Shown here in pieces: positions 39,245 through 49,480 of a stretch of 64,000 bases of DNA. The first letter of the stretch is position 1; the number at the start of each line of letters is the position of its first letter. The stretch comes from Octopus sinensis. Taxonomy: Eukaryota. Location: NCBI RefSeq assembly GCF_006345805.1, contig NC_043023.1, positions 7,874,001 through 7,938,000 of the forward strand, in the 5' to 3' direction. Under the pieces are notes generated by a model. That model searched no databases and had not been told where the DNA came from. It was given only the letters and a program-made list of their open reading frames with translations. The position numbers and the translations under genes are program-made.

Positions 39245-39790
39245 ATCATCATCATCATCATCATCATAGTTTAACGTCTGTTTTCCATGCTAGCATGGGT
39301 CGGACGGTTTCACCAGGGTCTGGGAAGCCAGGAGACTGCACTAGGCTCCAGTCTGATCTGGCAGTGTTTCTGTCAACCACTCTGTGAGTGTAGTGGGTGC
39401 TTATTACATTCCACTGGCACAGGGGCCAGGGTAGGCTGGCAACAGCCACAATCGGTTGGTGCTTTTTACGTGTCACCGGCACGGAAGGCAGTCAAGGCGG
39501 CACTGGCATCACCCACATTCAGATGGTGCTTTTTACATGCCACCGGTACAAGTGCCAAGGCTGGCAACAGCCACGATCGGTTGGTGCTTTTTATGTGTCA
39601 CCGGCATGGAAGCCAGTCAAGGTGGCGCTAGCATCAGCCACATTCAGATGGTGCTTTTTACGTGCACCAGCACAGGTATCACAACTACAATTTCCATTTG
39701 ATTTTTTGATGTTGATGTACTTGACTCAATAGGTCTCCTCAAGCACAGCAGGTCGCCCTACAATCCAAGGTAAGCACAGCAGGCCGTCCT
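39245..39790 (-). mobile_element. RTE 3'-UTR-derived element with five copies of the GTGCC-GGT-GGCAC-GTAAAAAGCACC motif
   Basis: Motif starts at 39396, 39458, 39525, 39583 and 39650; (CAT)n tail at about 39245-65. Related copies at about 9367, 18020, 26500, 29745, 33680, 37597, 49670, 51083 and 56485. Confidence 0.8.
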
Positions 39791-40259
39791 GCGAGCCAAG
39801 GCACTTTGGATGGGCTGGGGTTTCTATGTAAAGCTGGTGCAGAAAACAGCCATGTTGGTGATATGTAAAAGGCACCTGTGCCAGTGACGCATAAACAACA
39901 CCGAGTACACTCTGTAAGAGAAGTTGGTATTAGGAAAGGCATCCAGCCACAGAAACCAAACCAAACCAGACTGGCGCCTGGGGCAGCTCCCCAGTTTACT
40001 AACGGGTTATCGAAAAATTTGTGCTGATTAGTTGAACAAATCGACTACAGGACTTATTCTTTGTAAGCCTAGTACTTATTAAATCAGTGTCTTTTGCTGA
40101 ACCATTAAGTTACAGGGGACATAAACTCACCAACACATCCATCCATACATAAGACAGATTTCTTTTATTTTCTGTCTCCCAAATCCATTCACAAGGCTTT
40201 GGTCAGCCTGATGCTATAGTTGAAGAGACTTGCCCAAGGTGCCACACAGTGGAACTATG

Positions 40260-40290
<31 letters not shown>

Positions 40291-40309
40291 GTGCGCGCAC
40301 AACAGAGTG

Positions 40310-40963
40310 TAAGCACCCTGAGAGAAATGCTGGACATAAGAAGCATCAGATGTGGTGTGCAAGAGCAACGCTTGCGATGATATGGTCATGTACTGCAGAT
40401 GGATGAGGAGAGATGTGCGAAGAAGTGCCACTCCCAAACAGTTAAAGGTATCAGGGGGAGAGGTAGGCCCAGGAACACATGGGATGAGGTAGTCAAGCAT
40501 GACCTCAGAGCGTTGGGCCTCACAGAGGCAATGACGAAGAACCGAGATCTCTGGAGATATGCTGTGACTGCAAAGACCCAGGCTGCTTCCTGCACCAGTT
40601 CCGCATAGCCCCTGCTCATTCAAAGTACCTTGGATTTCAGAACAACCTGCTGTGCTTGAGGAGACCTATTGAGTCAAGTACATGAACATCGAAATAAATA
40701 TCAATGGAAATAGTAGTTGTGATACCTGTGCCGGTAGCACATAAAAAGCACCATCCGAACATGGCCAATGCCAGACTCCCCTGGCATGTAAAAAGCACCC
40801 ACTACACTCGCGGAGTGGTTGGCGTTAGGAAGGGCATCCAGCTGTAGAAACACTGCCAGATCAGACTGGAGCCTGGTGCAGCCTCCTGGCTTCCAAGACC
40901 CCGGTCGAACCGTCCAACCCATGCTAGCGCGGAAAACGGACGTTAAACGATGATGATGATGAT
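40310..40963 (+). mobile_element. 5'-truncated RTE LINE of the same family
   Basis: QEQRLR*YGHVLQMDEER..RGRGRPRNTWDEVVKHDL, followed by 3' UTR and (GAT)n tail. Confidence 0.85.
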
Positions 40964-41641
40964 ATATATATATATATATATAGTGACACCTTGGGCAAGT
41001 GTCTTCTACTATAGCATCGTACTGACCAAAGCCTTGTGAGAGGATTTGCTAAACGGAAACTGAAAAGAAGCCCGTCGTACATACACACGTGTGTGTGTGT
41101 GTATGTGTATTCGCCGACCATCGATGTTGATGTTTACGTCCCCGTAAGGTAGCGGTTCGGCTAAAGTCACCGATACAATACGTATTAAGCTCACAAAGAA
41201 TAAGTCTTGGGATCGATTTCTTCGACTATAACCCGCGGTGCTCCAGCATGGCCACAGTTAAATGACTGAAACAAGTAAAAGTGGGTAAGTGTTGGATGTG
41301 TGGTAAGTAGCTTGCTTGCCAATCACATGGCTGTGGGTTCAGTCCCACTGCATGACACCTTGGGTAAATGTCTTCTACTATAGCCTCGGGCCGACCAAAG
41401 CCTTGAGTGGATTTGTGAGACGGAAACTGAAAGAAGCCCGTCGTATGTGTGTATGTTTGTCCCCCAACATCGCTTGACAACCGATGCTGGTATGTTTACG
41501 CCCCCGTCACTTAGCGGTTCGACATAAGATACCGATAGAATAAGTACTAGGCTTACAAAGAATAAGTCCTGGCGTCGATTTGCTCGACTAAAGGCAGTGC
41601 TCCAGCATGGCCACGGTCAAATGACTGAAACAAGTAAAGGA

Positions 41642-41672
<31 letters not shown>

Positions 41673-42661
41673 CGCACGCGCGTACGTTGCATATGGTCTA
41701 TAGGAAGTTCCATTTTCGTAGCCCAACTATAAACACTGAACTATAACATGTAGCATAGTAACACGACACTAAATACTACCATCTATACTATAATTACTAT
41801 AGTGCATGTACACAGTACATGGCGAGCCAGAGGAGCCTGTACATGGTCGCAAGACATGCTAAAAATAGCAGGCAAATCTTCCCGAAATCGCATCTTCATA
41901 AATAAAAATTCGGAAGACCACACTAGATTATACTAAATCTTTAAAAAAGAGTAGAAAATGTGATGGCCACGGCTGGAATGCTCTTGGATCATTGGTCTGT
42001 TGTAGTAGGACTGCCATAGGGTTTAAATATATTTACTATCGACCATACTCCATTACAGTTGCTCAAGAAATCAAGTGTTGCTTCGTACTTATAAAAATTT
42101 ACTATTTAGCAAGCAACAAGTTGGAACTAATGTTACAGTTGGTCTTGTGCTTAGCCACAGGTCAGCCCTGATCCAGCAGAACTATGATCAAACTTGCGCC
42201 AATCCTCAACTGTGACCATTCCATCTCATCTGAATACACACACACGTATATATGGATGGATGGATGGATGGCCGAACGATTCATCTTTTTCGTTTACAAA
42301 ACGGCGAGATGCTGTGACTTGATGGCGATTAGGCTGTTGTTTCTAGCGCTTCTAGATACCACCCCGAAGTTCTTCGACAGATCGGGATGTGCACACATTT
42401 GTATGTGTATATATATATATATACACACACACACTCACTGATATATACGTGTGTATGAATGTATATATAAGTATACATGTATATACAGATAGATATATAT
42501 ATATACATATACGCATGTGTGTGGCATGCATGTATGTGTGTGTATATATATATACACACACACCGATATATACATGTGTATATGAATATATATATATATA
42601 ATTATACATGTATATACAGATAGATATATATATACATATACGCATGTGTGTGGCATGCATG

Positions 42662-42696
<35 letters not shown>

Positions 42697-43029
42697 ATGT
42701 ATGTATGCATGTGAATGCATATATATATATATATATATATGAATGTATATGTGAATGCTTATATGTACACGCACATATATGTGTATATATAGATATATAT
42801 ATATACGTGTGTGTGTAATCATATATATGCACTATGTGCATACGCATATATATGATATACACACACACGTGTGTATGTAAGTATGCACTTATGTGTACGT
42901 ATGTATATGTTTGTTCATTATATGTATGTGTGTATGCATATATATGTGTGTGGTATATATACACATACATATACACACACACACACATGATAGAAAGAGA
43001 AATGCGGAAATGGATTGTTAAAAACAGGA

Positions 43030-43960
43030 AGAGGAACAGTCAGAGATAGAAACAGGTGAAAAAGAAGGGGGAGAGTATTTGTAAGGGACAGACAGGAAGA
43101 GGGATAGTCAGAGGTGTAAATAGAAAGAAAGGTGAAGGAGTCGTAGGAAGAGAGAAACGGGAAAAGGAATAGTGAGAGAGAAATAAAGAGACGGAGAATG
43201 GAGAGAAGAAATTAGAAAGGCAGAAGGTATACAAGAGAGAGAGATGTGTAAGGGAATGAGAGAGGGAATAAGATAGTGAAGGGAGGGAGAGTGCTGTATA
43301 AAAGACGCGAGTACGAGGATGAGGAAAAGAAGCGTAAGAAGGGAAGAGGAAAGTATGGGAGGAAGAGAGAGAGAGAAAGACAAAGTAAGAGATAAGTAGG
43401 AGGGTGAGAGAATAAAGATAGCAAGTAAAGAAGCGGAGTAGCACAGAGAGGAAGCGTTTGAGGAGGAAGGTAGTCTTGAGAAGGAGTTTAAAAGGGGTTG
43501 TGGTAAGAGGAGATAGTGAGAAGAGAATAAAGATGGAAAGGAGAATGGAGAGAGAAAAAGAGACTCAGAGTGAGAGAGGGAGGCAGAGGTAACGGGATCA
43601 AGAAAAAGAAGAAGAAAATGAGTGAGAAAAATAGAGAGAAGAGAAGAGAGGGTGTGAAGGGGAGGTAATGAAAAACTAGGTTGAGAGCGAGGAAAAGAAA
43701 AATGTAGAGAGAGACAGAAATGAAAGGGGGAAGGGAAGAGAGAAAAGCTAACAGAAGTGAGAGAGAGAGAGAAAAAGAAGAGAAAGATATAGAGAGAGAG
43801 GGTGAAAAGTAAATGTATAGAGAAATGTATAGAGAGAGAGAGTAAATAGAGGGGGTGGGAGGGAGAAAAGAAAGAGAGAGAGAGAAGGAAGAAAGGGTAA
43901 AAGATAAATAGAGAGGGGAAGAAAGAGAGACGGAGAGAGTGAAAGAATCATGGGGGGAGG
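43030..43960 (+). repeat. Strongly purine-skewed (AG-rich) low-complexity tract
   Basis: About 930 bp, overwhelmingly A/G on the plus strand. Confidence 0.9.
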
Positions 43961-44721
43961 GGTATGACCGGCAATATTGCAATCACGTTATAAATAAATA
44001 AATAAATGTGTATATATATATATATATATATAAATACATATAAACATATATGTGTATGCATATATACATCTGTATATCTGGGTATATATACACATATATA
44101 TAGACAATGAAACGATCAGAAACGAACAGTAATAATATATATAGAAAATATAACTTACCAACGACGGCAGGGCGGCGAATCTGTGTATATACATACATAT
44201 ATGATGTATAAATATATGTGTGTATATTATGTATACGTATTCCTCCACATACCAAGAGAGAGAGAGAGACAGACAGACAGCTCCCTATATATAAATATAT
44301 ATGTGTCTATATCTCTATATACAGATGTGTATATATCTATATATACAGATGTGTGTATATATATGAGTGTATATGTGTGTGTGTATAGAGAGAGGGGGGA
44401 GGTTGTTCAGTAACAACAACAACAATAACTGCAACAACAAAACAATAATAAAGAGTAGAAAAACAGTTGGAACAGTTGATCTGATGCTTTTAAACCAAAA
44501 AGAAATGCAGGCAGCAGCAACAACAACGGACAAACAATAACAACGGCAAAACGGCGTGTATATACACATACATATACGTGTGTGTGTATATATATATGTA
44601 TGTGTGTGTGTGTGTGTGTATATAAAGGAAAACAGAGAGAGATAGAGAGATAGATAGAGAGAGAGAAAGAGAAGCGGCCAGGACCAGAAGGGAGCAACAA
44701 GATACAGCAACAGTGTAATGA

Positions 44722-46800
44722 ATGAGTGAAGGAGGCGGAGGAGGAGGAGGAGGAGGAGAACGAGGAGGAGGGGGAGGAGGTGAAGTGGGAGACGGCGGCG
44801 GCGGCGTGGTCGCGGTGGTAGTAGTAGTAGTGGTAGTGGTGGTGGTGGTGGTGGCCGTCGTGGTCGTGGTCGTGGTGGTAGTAGCAGTAGTTGTAGTAGT
44901 AGTAGTAGTAGTAATAGTGGTCGCGGTGGTAGTAATAGTAGTAGTAGTGGTGGTAGTAGTAGTAGTAGTAGTGGTAGTAGTAGTAGTGGTGGTGGTGGTA
45001 GTAGTAGTGGTGGCCGTGGTGGTAGTAGTGGTAGTCGTGGTCTCGCGGTGGTGATGGTGGGTGGTAGTAGTATTAGTCGTGGTGGTGGGGGATAGTTTTA
45101 GTGCTGTGTGTGGTGATGATGATGATGGTGGTGGTGATAGTTGTGGTGGTCGTGGTGGTAATAGTGGTAGTGGTAGTAGTAATCGCAGTCGTCGTGATGA
45201 TGGTAGTAGTAGTAAAAGTAGTAGTAGTAAAGTATTAGTAGTAGTGGTAGTCGTGGTAGCAGTGGCTATCGCCGTGGTGGTAGTCGGAGTAGTTGTTGTT
45301 AGTGCTAAGCTTATTTAACCCTAGGCCGGCACCCAGATCCACGATTGGCGCATGCAGCGAGGTAGCGATCGGGGGTTAATGAAGGCGGAGGTGGCGACGG
45401 TAGTAGTGGCAGTGGTGGTGGTGGTAGTGATCTTATTCGCCGTGGTAGCGATAGTCGTCGTCGTAGTGGTGGCTATCGTCGTGGTTATTTAGCCCTAGGC
45501 TGGCACCCTACTCAAAGGAGGCAGGATGGTAGCTATAGTAGTGGTGGTGTTTTTTGATCGCGGTCATCGTCGTGGTAGTGGTAGATAGCGTCGTGCTTCT
45601 TTAGCCCTCGGCCGGCACCCTCAGAGGAGGCAGGATGATAGCGATCGTGTGCTGGTATTGATGGTGGTGGTGTGGTGGTGGTGATGGTGGTAAGAGTAGC
45701 CGTCATCACCGTAGTGAAGATCGTCGTGGTTGTGGTCGGAGTAGGGCAGACACTGGTAGTAGTTAAATTTAGCTCCTTAGCCCTAGGTCGACACTCTCAT
45801 CAGGCGAGGCGGCAGGGTAGCGACCACGACGATGGTGTTGGCGGTGGTGGTGCTGGTGCTGGTGGAGGCGGCTGTGGTGGTGGTGGTGGTGGTGGTGGTA
45901 GTGGTGGTGATCATAGTCGTCGTCGTAGTCGTGGGCACACGGAGTGATTCTGGTCGTAGTAATTAGTTCAGCTGTTTAGCCCTAGGCCCGAGACACCCTG
46001 ATCGGACGGGACAGCATGACAGATCGTGGTGGTGGCGAGCGACGTGGTTGTGATCGTAACAATTGTTGATAGCGCTGAGCTTTTTTAGCCCTAGGCTGGC
46101 AACCTGGTCAGAGGAAGCAGCATGGTTGTGATCGTAGTTGTGGTCGTGGTCGTGGTGGTCGTGGTTCGTACTCGTCACCGCAGCGATGGCTCCTGTCGTG
46201 GTTGTGGTCATACTTTAGCTCGGTGGTTTTCAACCAGGGTTCCGCGGAACCTTAGGGTTCCGCCAGTACAGTCCAGGGGTTCCGCAAGAAGTTACAAAAA
46301 TGGACAGTAATTTTTAATTCTCCTGTGCAGATATGTGTGCATAAGACTATTAAATTATGGCACAGGGGTTCCTCGAGCCAGTGAAATGTTTTCTTGGGGT
46401 TCCGCTCCAGCAAAAAGGTTGAAAAGCACTGCTTTAGCTGTTTGGCCCTGGGCCAGGAAGGTACCCCGGTGAAGGGGTTAGGGTTAGGGCTTAGGGTCAG
46501 GGTCAGGGTCAGTGTTTAGGGTTAGGGATAGGGTTAGGGTTAAGAGTTAAGACTAGGGTTACTCCGAAAACGGATGGTGTTCGTTTTTCTTTCTTTACCT
46601 CCGCGGTACCCCGATCAGATCAGAGCAGACGACATGACAGCGATCATGGAGGTGGCGATGACGGCGCTGAGGTAGTGAGGTAGTGGTGGGGGTGTCGTCG
46701 ACGTTATCGCCGTAGTCGTCGTTGTTGGGCGGTGGGGGGGTCGCGATCGTCTGCTCTTAGTTGTTTAGCCCCAGGTCAACACCTTGGTCGGAAACGTTAG
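44722..46800. repeat. GC/CpG-rich triplet low-complexity island (GGA, GTA, GTG, GTC) punctuated by TTTAGCCCTAGG motifs
   Basis: Direct inspection; motif positions are given in the findings. Confidence 0.8.
46221..46431. mobile_element. hAT-type MITE, 211 bp
   Basis: TIRs CGGTGGTTTTCAACC / GGTTGAAAAGCACTG; perfect 8-bp TSD CTTTAGCT (46213-20, 46432-39). Confidence 0.9.
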
Positions 46801-47030
46801 CACGCCGTATTTCGTCTGCCGTTACGTTCTGAGTTCAAATTCCACCGAGGTCGACTTTGCCTTTCATCCTTTCGGGGTCGATAAATTAAGTACCAGTTAC
46901 GCACTGGGGTCGGTATAATCGACTTAATCCCTTTGTCTGTCCTTGTTTGTCCTCTCTGTGTTTAGCCCCTTGTGGGTAGTAAAGAAATAGGTATCTTGGG
47001 GACAGTGGAGGTGATGGTGGTGGGATCACC

Positions 47031-47062
<32 letters not shown>

Positions 47063-47204
47063 TGGTGTTGTTGTTGTTGGTGGTGGTAGTGGTGGTGGTG
47101 GCCGTGGCTGTTTTACTGGGGTGTTTGTTTAAACGGTTTAGAGCAACACTCCCTTCCACCCCCAAAAAACACCCTTAAATTTTTGGGTTTTTTTTTACAC
47201 AAAC

Positions 47205-47575
47205 CCCTTTTTCGGTTACGGGGAATATGAATCTGCAAAAAAATTGGCAAAAATCGACATTTCTAATTTACCACCCACCCCCACCCCCATTTCCTTCATT
47301 TTTAAACTTTTTTCGCAATTTTTTTTTTTCAAAATATGCAGAAAAATTTCCAAAAATCTTTGTAAAAGTTTTTTTTAAGAATATTTTTTTCTAAAAACAT
47401 TTCTGTACTTACGGTTACGGATTTACGGTTAGGGTAGGGTTAGGGTTTTAGGGTTCGTGTTAGGGGGAAAAGTCAAAATTGAAGTTCGATGGGAGAAGTG
47501 GGGAAATTTCACAATGCCAATTTTTAGCAATTTTCCTGAACCTCCATATCCAAAAACTGGGATTTTTGGAAAAAA
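47205..47575. mobile_element. Second, inverted copy with a short (TTAGGG)-like array
   Basis: TTCGGTTACGGGGAATATGAATCTGC is the rc of GCAGATTCGTATTCCCCGTAGCCGAA near 55060; TTAGGG/TTTTAGGG/TTACGG run at about 47410-47465. Confidence 0.65.
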
Positions 47576-47579
47576 AAAA

Positions 47580-48204
47580 GGATCTTTTCCTTTTGAACGG
47601 CAGATGTCAACACAATTTCTAGTTAACTAAAAAGTTTTAAACTTCGTATACTGGTAGAATGTGTTTATAAACACATTTTTCTTGGTTTATTGAGAAAATT
47701 CTATAGTTTGTAAGATATTTCATCTGAAAATCCGAGCAATTCGGCAATTTTAACCAATCGATTACCTCCATTCAACTAAAATCATTTGCTGCGTCTGAAA
47801 CTGAGACAACATCCTGTAACATCCTAACCCCCCACCCTAACCCTAACCCTAACCCTAATTTTTTTTCTTAATTGTTAAATTAATTTAATTCCATTGCTTT
47901 AGTTTTTTTTTACATGCGTAACAATTAAATTAATTTAACAATTAAGAAAAAAAAATTTAGGGTTAGGGGAGAGGTTTAGGGTTAGTTCCAGGTTGTTGTC
48001 TCGGTTTTAGACGCAGCAAATGATTTTAGCTCAAAAGGATTGGTTAAGATTCGAAAAATTAAACTACGTTAAACAAACAAATTACAATTTTATCAAGAAA
48101 GCCAAGAGAAAAAAATGTTTTATTTTGACTCATTCTACCAGTATACGAAGTTTAAAAGTGTTTAATTAACTAGAAATTGTCTGCCATTCAAACGGAAAAG
48201 ATCC
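47580..48204. mobile_element. MITE with GGATCTTTTCC(G)TTTGAACGGCAG TIRs and internal (CCCTAA)/(TTAGGG) runs
   Basis: Long inverted termini, including TTCTACCAGTATACGAAGTTTAAAA and its reverse complement. Confidence 0.7.
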
Positions 48205-48700
48205 AAAAAAATTACATAAATAAACAAATTTGGGAGAAAATGGTGGAGGGGGCAGGCGGAAGTCTTTCCCTGTTTAGCCCTAGGTCCGAAACATCTTCTT
48301 CAGAGACGGCAGCAAGGTCGATTCAGAGACCATTAGTCATCATCGTTGCTGTCGTGATTGTTGTGGTATTCATCGCCATCGTCGAAGTGAAGCTGACCGT
48401 CGTCCTTGCAATTGTTAGTAATTCTATACCTGTTTAGCTCTGGCATGGTAAGAAGCTTGCTTCCCAACCACATGGTTCTGGGTTCAATACCACTGCACGA
48501 CACCATCACCATACATCTTCTGCTATAGCCTTGGGCCGACCAAAGCCTTGTGTGTGGATTTGATAGTGTACCAAATCCACTCACAAGGCTCTGGCCGGCC
48601 CGAGGCTATAATAGAAAACAATTGCTCAAGGCATCATGCAGTGGGACTGAACCCAGAACTATATATATATATATATATTATAATACACATATATATATAC

Positions 48701-48746
<46 letters not shown>

Positions 48747-48876
48747 TATATATATCAACAATCAAGAACGGCCATAATAGGCCATTCACCCACTAGAAAT
48801 AACAGCCAAAAGCTTCAACCGCAAATAAAAATCAATTCCGTAAACAGGAGAAAATTTAAAAAACATTTACCCTGTA

Positions 48877-48983
48877 ATTTCTTATACGATGCACCGTTTC
48901 ATCTGCTGTTTAATGGTAAACTAACCTGATTAAATTAAATCAAGCCAATCTTCCATAGGCCCTCAGATTCTTCAGTAAGAAAT
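48877..48983 (-). ncRNA. Type I hammerhead ribozyme motif (left arm, mirror copy)
   Basis: Reverse complement of the 49104-49210 motif; predicted cleavage between 48885 and 48884. Confidence 0.85.
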
Positions 48984-49103
48984 AGCCCAAGTCGGAACAG
49001 ATATTTTCACGAGGCATTTCCGACCCTGCCAAGGTAATATCTGACCTAAAATTTTCAAATCATCGCACATCGCACTCACGCCAAATCTGTTCCGACTTGG
49101 GCT

Positions 49104-49210
49104 ATTTCTTACTGAAGAATCTGAGGGCCTATGGAAGATTGGCTTGATTTAATTTAATCAGGTTAGTTTACCATTAAACAGCAGATGAAACGGTGCATCG
49201 TATAAGAAAT
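49104..49210 (+). ncRNA. Type I hammerhead ribozyme motif (right arm of palindrome)
   Basis: Stem I ATTTCTTA/TAAGAAAT; CTGAAGA 49112-18; stem II ATCTG...CAGAT (68 nt); GAAA 49187-90; stem III ACGGTGCATCGT (self-complementary with G.U); GUA with predicted cleavage after 49202. Confidence 0.85.
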
Positions 49211-49447
49211 TACAGGGTAAATGTTTTTTAAATTTTCTCCTGTTTACGGAATTGATTTTTATTGCGGTTGAAGCTTTGGCTGTTATTTCTAGTGGTGAAT
49301 GGCCTATTATGGCCGTTCCTTGATTGTTGATGTTGAACTTAAAAATGGTTCTATGACTATTTAATTTTTCCCACTAGGCCGCTGGTGGCAAAGAATTCTA
49401 CAAAATTTTTTTTTGCCACCCTATATTGATTAATTATATATATATAT

Positions 49448-49480
<33 letters not shown>

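Noticed and set aside
39396-39675. CRISPR-like repeat-spacer pattern
   Set aside because: Spacers alternate A/B rather than being unique, the array lies in an RTE 3' UTR, there are no cas genes, and the context is eukaryotic.
44722-45318. Poly-Gly/poly-Val ORFs (also 45672, 57550)
   Set aside because: Triplet microsatellite translations with no domain signal.
45314-46790. CRISPR interpretation of the TTTAGCCCTAGG array
   Set aside because: Spacing is irregular (110-200 bp), spacers are low-complexity and repeats are degenerate.
47100-47580. Unusual homopolymer-rich sequence (also 10000-10350)
   Set aside because: Inflated or variable homopolymers are most consistent with low-quality long-read consensus.
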